Shown one piece after another: positions 1 through 9,726 of a DNA stretch of 55,109 nt (position 1 is the stretch's first letter; the number at the start of each line of letters is the position of its first letter). Made by a program: the position numbers and the translations under genes. This DNA comes from Candidatus Zixiibacteriota bacterium (lineage in GTDB: Bacteria > RBG-13-66-14 > B26-G2 > WVWN01). The stretch covers positions 1 through 55,109 of the forward strand of contig JASFLY010000019.1 of NCBI GenBank assembly GCA_050117845.1. Direction: 5' to 3'. The notes under the pieces were generated by a model. It was not told the origin of the DNA and made no database searches. It saw only the letters and a program-made list of their open reading frames with translations.

Positions 1-1111
1 CCGAGAGCGCCGCCGCGAGCACCAGCGGGAGGGTATAGCTCCCGGCGGCGTCGAAAAGGACGCCGCCGAACGCCGGCCCCAGTATACCCGAGAAGCCGTA
101 CGCGAGGGACACGAACGGATAGTTCCGGCCCACGTTCTCGTGGCCGAAAGCGTCCGCCGTCGCGGCGGCGTAGAGGACCAGGCAAGCGCCAAAGCCGAAC
201 CCCACGAACGGCGCGGCGACGACGAACGCGGCCCCCGAACGCGCCGCCCACCACAACGCCAGCGTCGCGACCGCGAGTCCCGCGAGCGACAAAGGCATCG
301 CCTTGCCGCCGATTCGGTCGGAGATAAAGCCCCAGGCGATCCGGCCGGCGGCGTTGCCGATGGCGAGCGTGCTGATGGCGAGCGTCGCCGCGGCGGCCGG
401 CACCGCGCCGGCTAGGCCGATGGGTTTTAGGTTGCCGATGACCATCAATCCCGCAAAGGTCCCGCTGAACATCCCGAACCACAGGACCCAGAAGCGGCCG
501 CTTCCGAGGAGCGTCCGGAGGGGCGTCCGCGCCGGCGGGGCCGCGCCGGGTGCCGCGCACGGGCACGACAGCATGAGCGCGCCGACGACGATGACCACGC
601 CGTAAATTATCCCCACGCCCCGGAAGACGGCGAGGACGTCCCACCCGCGGGCGAAGAGGGCGTTGGCGACCTGCGAGAGGAGGATGGCGCCGCCGCCGAA
701 GCCCGCGACCGCGACGCCCGTAACGAGGCCCTTCTTGGCCGGGAACCAGCGGACGCAGGACGCGATGGGACACACGTACGCGAAGCCGAGGCCCACGCCG
801 GTGATGACGCCGACGCCGAGAAGCAAGGGCGGGAAAGCCCCGCCGGAGAAGGACGCAACGGCGTAACCGACGGCGAAGAGTACGCCGCCGATGGACGCCG
901 TCAGCCGGGGACCTTTCCTCTCCTCCAGCCGCCCCGCGAAGACCATCGCGACGATGAAGAGGGCGACGCAGAGGCCGAAGATTACCTGCGTTTGCCCCGT
1001 CGTAAGGCCGTAATCGTCGCGCAGGGCGGGGACGAACGCGCTCCACGCGTAGATTCCGCCTAGGCACGTTTGAATCAGGACCGAACCGATGAGGACCAGG
1101 TATTTTTTCAT
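1..1111 (-). CDS. OFA-family (oxalate/formate antiporter-like) MFS transporter, 3' end outside window
   Basis: Manual translation of the minus strand from ATG at 1111 gives MKKYLVLIGSVLIQTCLGGIYAWSAF...GLGFAYVCPIASCVRWFPAKKGLVTGVAVAGFGGGA. The YAWS and WFP-x-KKG-x-x-TG motifs are typical of OFA MFS. Absent from the ORF track because it has no stop codon in the window. Confidence 0.85.
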   Translation of the reverse strand, partial: MKKYLVLIGSVLIQTCLGGIYAWSAFVPALRDDYGLTTGQTQVIFGLCVALFIVAMVFAGRLEERKGPRLTASIGGVLFAVGYAVASFSGGAFPPLLLGVGVITGVGLGFAYVCPIASCVRWFPAKKGLVTGVAVAGFGGGAILLSQVANALFARGWDVLAVFRGVGIIYGVVIVVGALMLSCPCAAPGAAPPARTPLRTLLGSGRFWVLWFGMFSGTFAGLMVIGNLKPIGLAGAVPAAAATLAISTLAIGNAAGRIAWGFISDRIGGKAMPLSLAGLAVATLALWWAARSGAAFVVAAPFVGFGFGACLVLYAAATADAFGHENVGRNYPFVSLAYGFSGILGPAFGGVLFDAAGSYTLPLVLAAALS

Positions 1112-1243
1112 AACCTTAAATCGTTGGGTTTGAATACGAGGAAAAGCCGCCGGCGAGTTGGGGGGGCCGATTAATCGCCGTACTATGCCGAAAGGCGCCG
1201 CCCGTGTCAAGGCCGAATAGCCGCTACCCAGCCCGGATTTTTG

Positions 1244-1461
1244 ACAGGGGGCTTAAGCCCCCTGTTAGCCCTCGGGCCGGCCTAACGGTCGGCCCCTACA
1301 TAAGCCGGTGCCGTCAGGTGTTACCACCTGACGGCGGTTCCATACGTAAGGCCGGACCTTCAGGTCCGGCCGTCGTCGGTGTCGATAGTTGTTACCGCGC
1401 CGCATTGTTTTTCATATTAATTAAGGAATGACGGTGGGCGCACCTAAAGGTACGCCCCTAC
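1244..1461. repeat. Cluster of five REP-like palindromes (BIME-like)
   Basis: Perfect palindrome ACAGGGGGCTTAAGCCCCCTGT (1244-1265). GTAG/GTAA-footed hairpins at 1274-1299 (-), 1346-1371 (+) and 1436-1461 (-). GTGCCGTCAGGTGTTACCACCTGACGGC at 1308-1335. Related copies occur at 5716, 21410-21493 and 27008-27158. Confidence 0.75.
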
Positions 1462-1468
1462 GCAATAC

Positions 1469-1888
1469 CTAAAACTCTTTATAGACGAACAACACGTTGT
1501 CCGGCGATACGCGCTCGCCGCCGGTGGATTGATACGTCTTCATCGCGGCGGCATTCGCCTCGTCGGTCAGCACGTACATCTTAGAGACGTTCCGCTCGGC
1601 GCATATCCGTTTGAGTTCCCCTATCAGGCGCGCCGCCACGCCACGCCGCCGGTAAGCTTCCACCACGTCAATGGAGTAAAAGAACACCATCGGCCTGTCC
1701 GTCTCGAGGCGCTCGAGTTCGTAGGCGTACAGAAAGCCGGCGAACGCGCCGTCCACGTACGCGGCCAGGAGGTAGTTTGTCTCTTTGGTGAAGAACCCCT
1801 CGTTAAGTTTCCCCTCGGGCCAGAAGGCCGCGACGACCTCCCGCGTCAGGTCCTCGTCGCCATGGCCCAACCTTTTAACGTCGATCAC
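1469..1888 (-). CDS. GNAT family N-acetyltransferase
   Basis: Acetyl-CoA motif A (VVEAYRRRGVA) and the N-x-x-A-x-x-x-Y motif; 139 aa. Confidence 0.85.
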   Translation of the reverse strand: MIDVKRLGHGDEDLTREVVAAFWPEGKLNEGFFTKETNYLLAAYVDGAFAGFLYAYELERLETDRPMVFFYSIDVVEAYRRRGVAARLIGELKRICAERNVSKMYVLTDEANAAAMKTYQSTGGERVSPDNVLFVYKEF

Positions 1889-2611
1889 TTATTCACCATC
1901 CCGTTCCGCTGCGAACGTTTGGAGTTTATGCATCATACCTCGACCCCATCGTTCCAGGAGTTCGATGTAGTAAGCGGGCCGCACACTCAGGTCGTCCTTG
2001 ATATCGTACCAATCTCGCGCGACGCGAACGACCTCTTTATCGATAGGGTCGTCGAGGGCGTCGAGTAAATCAACCTTAGTATCGATGAACTCACCCTTGA
2101 GTAGAAGATGCCAGGACTGGAGGGCGTAGAAGCACCTCTTGAAATGGTATTTGAGGTTATGGACCGCTTTGGCGAGGTCGTGGGGGTACAGGAGATAATG
2201 GCGCGCGACGTGGAGGTTTTCGTCGGCTTTAATCTTTACGTCTTCGACCAGGTCGGCGGAGGTTAACGGTTCGACCAGGCCGTCGAGGCCGCCGTAAAGG
2301 ACCTTACGTCCGTGGAATACCTGCACCAGGAAGAAACGGGGGGTCATCCTCAGTTCGAGGATAGACATGATCGAGCCGCTGGCGAGTACCGCCGCGTCGG
2401 GCATGGAGTGGACGATATCCCGAAAGGACGCCAGGTCGTCGTCTTCCATACGGTCGACGACAACCGTGCAATCGACGTCGCTTTCAGGGCGCGGCTCGCC
2501 TCTGGCCCAGCTGCCGTGATGCCCCACCCAGACGAGGCGTTCGCCGAAAACTTCCCTGAGTTTAGCCACGAACTCGCTAAGCCATGCGTCGACTTGGGAT
2601 TTGGTAAGCAT
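1889..2611 (-). CDS. Pol-beta superfamily nucleotidyltransferase domain protein with a helical C-terminal domain
   Basis: GSWARGEPRPESDVD matches GS-x10-DxD; RBS AAGGAG upstream. Confidence 0.8.
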   Translation of the reverse strand: MLTKSQVDAWLSEFVAKLREVFGERLVWVGHHGSWARGEPRPESDVDCTVVVDRMEDDDLASFRDIVHSMPDAAVLASGSIMSILELRMTPRFFLVQVFHGRKVLYGGLDGLVEPLTSADLVEDVKIKADENLHVARHYLLYPHDLAKAVHNLKYHFKRCFYALQSWHLLLKGEFIDTKVDLLDALDDPIDKEVVRVARDWYDIKDDLSVRPAYYIELLERWGRGMMHKLQTFAAERDGE

Positions 2612-2868
2612 CTCTTATAGTCTCCTTGGCCCGATAGCGAAGGTCTCGACGGCCTCTCGCGCCCCGCCGTCGGCGCCTTCGTCCAACCGTGGGACGTCGA
2701 TTATGGATTGGTTCTTATCAATCCTCGTGCAGCCAGGGCCCGATATTAACAGCTGACCGCCGGGCGGTGTAAATAATTATTTCATTATCCCGGACGGCCG
2801 AAGCCGGAGCTTCACGGTAGCATTGGGTTTGTCCGGACAAATCCCCCTCCACCCGGCGTAAATTATCC

Positions 2869-2897
2869 TTGACACGGCGGCTCGGATATTATAGATT
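2869..2897 (+). promoter_or_regulatory. Putative sigma70 promoter of the HMGS/thiolase/liu operon
   Basis: TTGACA (2869-2874), 17-bp spacer, TAGATT (2892-2897). A palindrome TTTGTCCGGACAAA lies just upstream (2828-2841). Confidence 0.55.
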
Positions 2898-3097
2898 TTC
2901 TTCCTCGTGAATTTTTTAGCAGATCTTTCTAATTCGCGAAGTTAACCGAATAAACCGCGACCGCAGGGCTGAGCCGATTGCAAGCGCAACGAACCATTCG
3001 TTCATACATAAGTATGCCCGGCGCCGTCGCGTGCGAATTGTAAACCCGCCCGTGCTTCACGAGGGTGGGTATTATTTTTACCCAGGAGGTTGACCCT

Positions 3098-4153
3098 ATG
3101 GCAGGAATCGTTGGCTGGGGCGCCCATCTGCCGCGTTACCGCATCAAGGTCGAGGAAATCGCCAGGGTGTGGGGGGCGGACGCCCAGGCGTACAAGAAGG
3201 GCCTTAACGTCCAGGAGAAATCGGTCCCGGCGCCCGACACGGATACGATCACGCTTTCGGTGACGGCGGCCCGGCGGGCCCTCCTCCGCGCGGGCATCGA
3301 CCCGGCCGCGATAGGCGCCTGCTACGTCGGCTCGGAGTCGCACCCCTACGCGGTCAAACCCTCGGGCACGGCCGTGGCCGAGGCGCTGGGCGCGACTCCC
3401 GACTGTCGTTGCGCCGACTTCGAGTTCGCCTGCAAGGCCGGCACCGAGGCCATGACGGTCGCGATGGGCCTGGTGGACGCGGGGTACGTTGCGTACGCGC
3501 TCGGCATCGGCGGCGATACGTCGCAGGGGGCGCCGGGCGACGCGCTCGAGTACACGGCCTCGGCGGGGGCGGCGGCCTTCATCATGGGCAAGGATAACCT
3601 CGTCGCCGAATGCGAACATACCTACTCCTTCATGACCGACACCGCGGACTTCTGGCGCCGCGAACATCAGTACTACCCGCAGCACGCGGGCCGCTTCACC
3701 GGCGAACCCGCCTACTTCAAACACGTCAAGGGCTGCGCCACGGCCATAATGGAAAAAGCCGGCCTGAAACCCGAAGACTTCGCCTACTGCGTCTTCCACC
3801 AGCCCAACGGCAAGTTCCCTTCCACGGTGGCCAAGAAACTCGGCTTCAACCCGCACCAGTGGGAGCAGGGCCTGCTCTGCCCGCTTCTCGGAAACACGTA
3901 TTCGGGCTCGTCGCCGATGGGCCTCTCGGCCGTCCTCGACGTAGCGAAGCCGGGCGACCTGATCCTCCACGTCTCGTACGGTTCCGGCGCGGGGTCGGAC
4001 GGCTTCGTCTTCCGTTGCACCGACCGCATCGCCGAGGTGCAGAAGGCCGCGCCCGGGACGCGGGAAATACTCGAGGGCGAACGCTTCTATCTGCAATACG
4101 GCGAGTACGCGAAGTTCCGCGGGAAAATTATAATGAACGTCAAAGGAGCGTAA
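3098..4153 (+). CDS. Hydroxymethylglutaryl-CoA synthase, archaeal type (UPF0219)
   Basis: Motifs GSESHPYAVKP (Glu), DFEFACKAGT (Cys), FHQPNGKFP (His), GNTYSGSS and SYGSGAGSD. ATG 3098 follows RBS AGGAGGT. Confidence 0.9.
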   Translation: MAGIVGWGAHLPRYRIKVEEIARVWGADAQAYKKGLNVQEKSVPAPDTDTITLSVTAARRALLRAGIDPAAIGACYVGSESHPYAVKPSGTAVAEALGATPDCRCADFEFACKAGTEAMTVAMGLVDAGYVAYALGIGGDTSQGAPGDALEYTASAGAAAFIMGKDNLVAECEHTYSFMTDTADFWRREHQYYPQHAGRFTGEPAYFKHVKGCATAIMEKAGLKPEDFAYCVFHQPNGKFPSTVAKKLGFNPHQWEQGLLCPLLGNTYSGSSPMGLSAVLDVAKPGDLILHVSYGSGAGSDGFVFRCTDRIAEVQKAAPGTREILEGERFYLQYGEYAKFRGKIIMNVKGA

Positions 4154-4156
4154 TAT

Positions 4157-5317
4157 ATGAGGGACGTTGCCATTATCGGCGTCGGCGCCAACCCGAAATG
4201 GGGCGAACTCTGGGGGCAATCGCTCCGCGACCTCTTCGTGGAAGCGGCGCTCGCTGCCGTGGACGACGCCGGCGTAGACCATATCGACGACATGTACATC
4301 GGGTGCATGTCCTCCGGCCTCTTCGCCGCGCAGGAGCATATCGGCTCGCTCATGGCGGACTATTTGGGCCAACGGCACCTTCCCGCCACGCGGGTCGAAA
4401 CCGCGTGCGCCTCGGGAGGGGCGGCGGTTAAGATGGCGGCTATCGAAGTCGCGAGCGGCCATTCGGACATCGTCCTCGCCGGCGGCGTGGAGAAGATGAC
4501 GGACGTGGGCGGCGGTGACGCGACCTTCGCCCTGGGTTCCGCCGCGGACGCCGAGTACGAGTGCTACCACGGCGCCACCTTCCCGGGCCTCTACGCCATG
4601 ATCGCCCGGGCGCATATGGACCGCTACGGCACGACGCCGGAGATGCTGGCGCAGGTGGCTGTGAAGAACCACGACAACGGCGCGTTGAACCCCATCGCCC
4701 AGTATCCCTTCCACATCCGCGCCAAGCAGGTCCTGGACTCCATCCTCATCGCCGACCCGTTGCACATCCTCGACTGCTCGCCCATCACCGACGGCGCCGC
4801 GGCGGCTATCCTCTGCCCGCTCGAGATGGCCGAGAAGCTATCGAAAAAGCAACCGGTTAAAATCGCCGGCTTCGGCCACGCTACCGACACCATCCAGCTC
4901 GCCCAGCGCGAGGATATAACGTGGCTCGAGTCGACGGCGCAGGCGGCGGCCCGGGCGTTCGAGATGGCCGGGACCACAATTAAAGACGTCGACCTGTGCG
5001 AAGTCCACGACTGTTTCACCATCGCCGAGATTTGTGTCATCGAAGCGTTGGGCCTGGTCGAGAAGGGGAAGGGCGGCGAGGCCACATTGGCCGGCCGTAC
5101 GGCCCGCGACGGCGACATCCCGGTCAACACCTCCGGCGGCCTGAAGTCCAAGGGCCACCCGGTCGGCGCGACCGGCGTGGCGCAGGTTATGGAAATAGTG
5201 AAACAGCTACGCGGCGAGGCCGGCGAGCGCCAGGTGAAGGGCGCCAAGCGCGGCCTGACGCAGAATATGGGCGGTTCCGGCGGCTCGGCCGTCGTCCACA
5301 TATTGGAGGTGGCGTAG
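4157..5317 (+). CDS. Acetyl-CoA acetyltransferase (thiolase), archaeal/SCP2-like type
   Basis: ETACASGG (catalytic Cys), VHDCF and GHPVGATG motifs. Confidence 0.92.
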   Translation: MRDVAIIGVGANPKWGELWGQSLRDLFVEAALAAVDDAGVDHIDDMYIGCMSSGLFAAQEHIGSLMADYLGQRHLPATRVETACASGGAAVKMAAIEVASGHSDIVLAGGVEKMTDVGGGDATFALGSAADAEYECYHGATFPGLYAMIARAHMDRYGTTPEMLAQVAVKNHDNGALNPIAQYPFHIRAKQVLDSILIADPLHILDCSPITDGAAAAILCPLEMAEKLSKKQPVKIAGFGHATDTIQLAQREDITWLESTAQAAARAFEMAGTTIKDVDLCEVHDCFTIAEICVIEALGLVEKGKGGEATLAGRTARDGDIPVNTSGGLKSKGHPVGATGVAQVMEIVKQLRGEAGERQVKGAKRGLTQNMGGSGGSAVVHILEVA

Positions 5318-5704
5318 ATGCCTTCGGCCCGATATACGCGAGAGATACCGCAGCGCTATCGCCTCGAGGCCGGCAAGTGTTCGGCCTGCGGCACAGTATA
5401 TTACCCGCCGCGCCGCGTGTGCGTCTGCGGTGGCCGTGACTTCGAGACGGCGACGCTGCCGATGGACGGCAAGCTGGTTACGTATACCATCATCCGCGTC
5501 GGCCCGAGCGACTTCGCGGAGGAAGTGCCTTACGCTTTGGGCATCGTCGAGGTGGAGGGCGGCGTGAGGCTGATGGCCCAGATCGTCGACGTCCCGCTGG
5601 AGGACGTGAAGACGGGCATGCCGCTACGGTTGGAGTTCCGCAAGATTTCCGAGGAGGGCGAGGCCGGCATCATATGTTACGGCCACAAGGCGGTGCCGGC
5701 GTAA
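5318..5704 (+). CDS. DUF35 family Zn-ribbon/OB-fold scaffold protein
   Basis: CSACG...PPRRVCVCG zinc ribbon followed by an OB fold (PYALGIVEVEGGVRL); adjacent to thiolase and HMGS. Confidence 0.9.
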   Translation: MPSARYTREIPQRYRLEAGKCSACGTVYYPPRRVCVCGGRDFETATLPMDGKLVTYTIIRVGPSDFAEEVPYALGIVEVEGGVRLMAQIVDVPLEDVKTGMPLRLEFRKISEEGEAGIICYGHKAVPA

Positions 5705-5715
5705 TACGGGGTTGC

Positions 5716-5741
5716 GTAGGGGCCGGTCTTCAGACCGGCCC
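5716..5741 (+). repeat. Single GTAG-type REP-like hairpin
   Basis: GTAGGGGCCGGTCTTCAGACCGGCCC, same family as the copies at 1274 and 27077. Confidence 0.7.
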
Positions 5742-5809
5742 ACCGACACGTTTTTGAAATCAGCACGTAAGTTTTTGGCGCTACCGAGTCGTATAGGGAA
5801 GGTCTACCG

Positions 5810-6841
5810 ATGAGTAAAAGGACGCGGTTGTGGAGAATGGATGGCGGGGAATTATCAGAGATCCCGGCTGAGAAATTACCGTACGAGGATAATATCCACG
5901 AAGTCCTCGAAAAGGACTTATCGCTTGTTTCTGACGAAGTTCTAATAGTAGGGTCCCATGTATCAACGGAATTTGGGACCGAAGCCGATATAATCGGTAT
6001 AGAATCGAACGGGGATTTGGTAATAATCGAATTGAAGAGGGATAAGACCCCTGCGGAAGTTATGGCTCAAGCTTTAGGTTACGCGGCTTGGGTCTCACGC
6101 GTAGATTACGAAACCATTACAGATATCGCCATTAAGCATTACGGGGACGAAGCTAATTTCCTAAGCGCGTTTAATAAGAAGTTCGGCTTAGATGGGTTTC
6201 CCGATACTATTAATTCGGCTCAGAGGATAATTATCGTTGCGGGGGCGTTAGACCCGAATACGGAAAATATTATTAGGTATTTATCCGAGCAATATGGGTT
6301 ACCGGTTAACGCCGTTTTATTCGAGTATTTTAAGGATGGGAAAGGGGAATTTCTTAGTAAAACTACCGTGATTGAAGAAGAGACGGCGCGAATCCAGGCC
6401 GTTTCTAAAAAAAGGGCGAAATACGTTCCGCTTACGAAGGAACAACTCGAAGAATGGGCCGACAATTTAGGAATTCGGGGCGTTTACGATAAAGCGCTCA
6501 GTTTAGCCGAAGCGGTTTTTACGTGGTCCCGCCCGATAAAATACGGTATTTCTTTCGACCTACAAGTACAAGAGGATGGCGGACATTATCGACGTTCGAT
6601 TTTAGGTTTTTATTTGAACGAGAGTTCAGCCGAAAAGGGTTTGTACGTTTTAGCTTACCATAACCGGGTAAAGGAGTATTTCGATTTCGACGTTAACCAG
6701 TGGATTCTCGATTTTAACGGCGAGGTAGTTTCCTCGTATGGACCTGATTGCCCTCCCGATATGATAACGGGTTATGGATTCTTTTTAAGGGAAGATGAAG
6801 ATATCCGGAATTTCTTCTTGCCCTTAGCGAAAGAGAATTGA
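5810..6841 (+). CDS. NucS/DUF91-like PD-(D/E)xK endonuclease domain protein
   Basis: E...ADIIGIESNGDLVIIELKRDKTPAEVMAQALGYAAW is a typical NucS-like catalytic motif. DNA is visibly AT-richer than the flanks. Confidence 0.75.
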   Translation: MSKRTRLWRMDGGELSEIPAEKLPYEDNIHEVLEKDLSLVSDEVLIVGSHVSTEFGTEADIIGIESNGDLVIIELKRDKTPAEVMAQALGYAAWVSRVDYETITDIAIKHYGDEANFLSAFNKKFGLDGFPDTINSAQRIIIVAGALDPNTENIIRYLSEQYGLPVNAVLFEYFKDGKGEFLSKTTVIEEETARIQAVSKKRAKYVPLTKEQLEEWADNLGIRGVYDKALSLAEAVFTWSRPIKYGISFDLQVQEDGGHYRRSILGFYLNESSAEKGLYVLAYHNRVKEYFDFDVNQWILDFNGEVVSSYGPDCPPDMITGYGFFLREDEDIRNFFLPLAKEN

Positions 6842-6865
6842 TAATCGAATATCCCTGAGTGGGAT

Positions 6866-8479
6866 ATGCCTATGTTCCGACTAGAATCCAAAATCGATAC
6901 GAAATCGGAGGAGTTCAAACAGAACCGCGAGGTCAATCTGGCCATCGCCGCCGAGTACCGCGAACGGTTGGCGAAGGTACGGGAAATGGGGCCCGAGGGC
7001 CAGCGGGAGCGCCACGTCAAGCGCGGCAAGATGTTGGTGCGCGACCGCCTGGGGGGCCTGTTCGACCGCAACACGCCCTTCCTCGAGTTCAGCCCCCTTG
7101 CCGCCTGGGACATGTACGACAACGGGGCGCCGGCCGCGGGCCTCGTGACCGGCGTGGGCGTCGTCCACGGCCGGGAGGTCCTCGTCGTCGCCAACGACGC
7201 CACCGTCAAGGGCGGCACGTACTTTCCGATTACGATAAAGAAGCACGTCCGCGCGCAGGAGATAGCCCTCCAGAACCGCCTCCCGTGCGTCTACCTCGTG
7301 GACTCGGGAGGCATTTTCCTGCCGCTGCAGGAGGGGACTTTCCCCGACCGGGAACACTTCGGCAGGATCTTCTACAATCAGGCCCGGCTCTCCGCGTTGA
7401 ACATCCCGCAGATAGCGTGCGTGATGGGCTCGTGCACGGCGGGCGGCGCGTACCAGCCGGCGATGTCGGACGAGGCCATCATCGTCCGCAAGCAGGGGAC
7501 CATCTTCATCGGCGGCCCGCCGCTCGTCAAGGCCGCCACCGGCGAGGAAGTGACCGACGAGGAGCTCGGCGGCGCCGACGTCCACTGCCGCATCTCGGGG
7601 ACCGCCGACCATTACGCGCTCAATGATCAGCACGCGCTGCAGTGGTGCCGTAACGTCGTCGAGAACCTCGAGGCGCCGCGGCGCTACGACCTCGGCCGCC
7701 ACGAGCCGGAGGACCCGCACTACGACCCGGAAGAGCTCCCCGGCATCATCCCCGCCAACGTCAACAAGCCCTACGACATCCGCGAACTCATCGCCCGGCT
7801 GGTGGACGGGTCCTACTTCCACGAGTTCAAGGAACTCTACGCGCCGACGATCGTGTGCGGTTTCGCCCGGATAATGGGTTACCCGGTGGGTATCATCGGC
7901 AACAACGGCGTGCTGTTCTCGGAGTCGTCGCTTAAAGCGTCGCACTTCATCGAGCTCTGTACGATGCGGCGCATACCTATTATATTCCTCCAGAACATAA
8001 CGGGTTTCATCGTCGGCAAGCAGTACGAACACGGCGGCATCGCGCGGGACGGCGCCAAGCTGGTCCACGCCGTGGCCTGCGCCGACGTCCCCAAGTTCAC
8101 CGTTATCGTCGGCGGCTCCTACGGCGCCGGGAACTACGCCATGTGCGGCCGGGCTTACGAGCCGCGGCTGCTTTGGATGTGGCCCAACGCGCGGATATGC
8201 GTGATGGGCGGCGACCAGGCTTCGAACGTCCTCTTGACGGTCAAACTGCGCCAGCTTAAGAAGAAGGGCGTGGAGTGGACCGAGGAGGAGCAGGAAGAGT
8301 TCCGCCGGCCGGTGAAGGAGGAGTACGAGCGCCAGAGCACGCCGTACTACTCGACGGCGCGCATCTGGGACGACGGCATATTGGAACCGACGGAGACGCG
8401 GACGGCGCTGGGCCTCGCGCTCGCGATGTCGTTGAACGCTCCCGTTCCCGAGACGCGGTACGGCGTGTTCAGAATGTAA
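6866..8479 (+). CDS. liuB: Methylcrotonyl-CoA carboxylase carboxyltransferase (beta) subunit
   Basis: [45 protein letters not shown] and the C-terminal GVFRM are characteristic of MCC-beta. Confidence 0.9.
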   Translation: MPMFRLESKIDTKSEEFKQNREVNLAIAAEYRERLAKVREMGPEGQRERHVKRGKMLVRDRLGGLFDRNTPFLEFSPLAAWDMYDNGAPAAGLVTGVGVVHGREVLVVANDATVKGGTYFPITIKKHVRAQEIALQNRLPCVYLVDSGGIFLPLQEGTFPDREHFGRIFYNQARLSALNIPQIACVMGSCTAGGAYQPAMSDEAIIVRKQGTIFIGGPPLVKAATGEEVTDEELGGADVHCRISGTADHYALNDQHALQWCRNVVENLEAPRRYDLGRHEPEDPHYDPEELPGIIPANVNKPYDIRELIARLVDGSYFHEFKELYAPTIVCGFARIMGYPVGIIGNNGVLFSESSLKASHFIELCTMRRIPIIFLQNITGFIVGKQYEHGGIARDGAKLVHAVACADVPKFTVIVGGSYGAGNYAMCGRAYEPRLLWMWPNARICVMGGDQASNVLLTVKLRQLKKKGVEWTEEEQEEFRRPVKEEYERQSTPYYSTARIWDDGILEPTETRTALGLALAMSLNAPVPETRYGVFRM

Positions 8480-8503
8480 AAGGTTAAACCCGCCGGTGGG
8501 GTT

Positions 8504-8899
8504 TTGGTTGTGGGTGAAGATAACGAGCTTCTTCCGTGGCTGTTATTGAAGAAGGCGGACGACGGTTTAAAGGCGATCGAGTACTTGCGAACCGGCGGAT
8601 ACCGCGCGGGCATCGTTTCTATCGCTTATGTCATATGCGTTAACGCTGCCAGAAGCGCGTTATCTTACGACGGGTGCGATTGCGAACCGACGGCCGCGTT
8701 CGAGCTATTCGATAAGTACTATTCGGATCTCGGCAAATTCGATCCCAATCTCGGCGACTTATTTAAAACCGTTTGCCGTTATAAATACCAATCCGAGTTC
8801 AATCCCCTTTTCGCGTTGGCCGACGCTGAAATGGAGAGTTTGATTTCCAGGACTCAAACCTTTTTCAACGACGTAGACGCCCATTTGCGAGGGAAATAA
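8504..8899 (+). CDS. Divergent stand-alone HEPN-domain-like protein
   Basis: All-helical pattern (KADDGLKA...SIAY...AARSAL...F.KYY...GKFD..LG..F) resembles HEPN proteins of MNT-HEPN pairs, but the usual His and R-x4 motifs are degenerate. Start codon is uncertain. Confidence 0.55.
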   Translation: MVVGEDNELLPWLLLKKADDGLKAIEYLRTGGYRAGIVSIAYVICVNAARSALSYDGCDCEPTAAFELFDKYYSDLGKFDPNLGDLFKTVCRYKYQSEFNPLFALADAEMESLISRTQTFFNDVDAHLRGK

Positions 8900-8900
8900 C

Positions 8901-9686
8901 GTGGCCGATTACGAGACGATAACGTTCGACGCCCACGGGCCCGCGGTGTGGATTACGCTCAACCGCGACGACGTCCGCAATGCCTTCAACGGCCAAATGC
9001 TCGACGACCTGTTGGACGCTTTCGAGGTCGCGCCCAAAGTCCCCGGAGGCCGCGTCGTCGTCCTCACCGGCACCGGCTCGGCTTTCTGCGCGGGGGCCGA
9101 CCTCAATTGGATGCGGGCCGTCCGCGAGTTCACCTACGAACAGAACCTGGAGGAATCGCTCAAGGTGGCGGCGGTTATGCGGGCGGTATACGAGTGCCCG
9201 TTGCCGACGATAGCCCGCGTTAACGGCCCGGCCATCGGCGGCGGCGCGGGCCTCGTGGCCTGTTGCGACCTGGCGGTCGCCGGGGAGAGCGCGCGCATCA
9301 GCCTGAGCGAGGCCAAGCTGGGCCTCATCCCCAGTTGCATCTCGTTGTACGTAATCATGAAGATCGGGCAAGGGGCCGCGCGGGAGTTCTTCCTGACGGG
9401 CGAGCGTATCGGCGCCGAGAAAGCCCGGGACATCGGCTTCGTCAACGCCGTGGCTGCGGAGGGCGAACTCGACGCCGTCGTCGCGAAGTGGGTCGGCCAG
9501 CTCGTGACCTCCGGGCCGGTGGCCATCGCGAAGTGCAAGGAGCTTATCAAGCGCGTCCCGCAGATGGACCTCGACGAGGCCGGCCCCTACACCGCGGAGA
9601 TGATCGCGCAGATGCGCGTCTCCGAGGAGGGCCAGGAGGGCATGGCGGCCTTCCTCGAGAAACGCAAGCCCAAATGGGCGGAGTGA
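8901..9686 (+). CDS. liuC: Methylglutaconyl-CoA hydratase (crotonase family)
   Basis: LNRDDVRNAF, FCAGADLNWM, AIGGGAGLVACCD, SEAKLGLIP and EGQEGMAAFLEKRKP; follows liuB. Confidence 0.85.
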   Translation: MADYETITFDAHGPAVWITLNRDDVRNAFNGQMLDDLLDAFEVAPKVPGGRVVVLTGTGSAFCAGADLNWMRAVREFTYEQNLEESLKVAAVMRAVYECPLPTIARVNGPAIGGGAGLVACCDLAVAGESARISLSEAKLGLIPSCISLYVIMKIGQGAAREFFLTGERIGAEKARDIGFVNAVAAEGELDAVVAKWVGQLVTSGPVAIAKCKELIKRVPQMDLDEAGPYTAEMIAQMRVSEEGQEGMAAFLEKRKPKWAE

Positions 9687-9726
9687 TGGCGAGATAATAG
9701 CGAGTTGCCAAAAAGGAGGGATTGGA

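Noticed and set aside
1204..1431. Short ORFs at 1204..1431 and 27043..27228 with similar peptides (RGLKPPV...VGPYI)
   Set aside because: The similarity comes from translating the shared REP palindromes, not from a protein family.
2612..2830. Riboswitch or small gene upstream of the nucleotidyltransferase
   Set aside because: GC-rich stems are present but match no riboswitch consensus I recognise. The short open frame lacks a convincing start and RBS.
3002..4765. Long antisense and alternate-frame ORFs (for example 3002..4765 -, 6881..8068 -, 42265..43611 -, 47406..49031 -, 52131..53441 +)
   Set aside because: Shadow ORFs expected in GC-rich coding DNA. They overlap well-supported genes and show no recognisable motifs.
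3098..5704. PhlABC-type phloroglucinol acetyltransferase
   Set aside because: The HMGS homolog retains the full Cys/His/Glu catalytic set and archaeal HMGS motifs. No type III PKS is nearby, and the neighbours act on HMG-CoA-related substrates.
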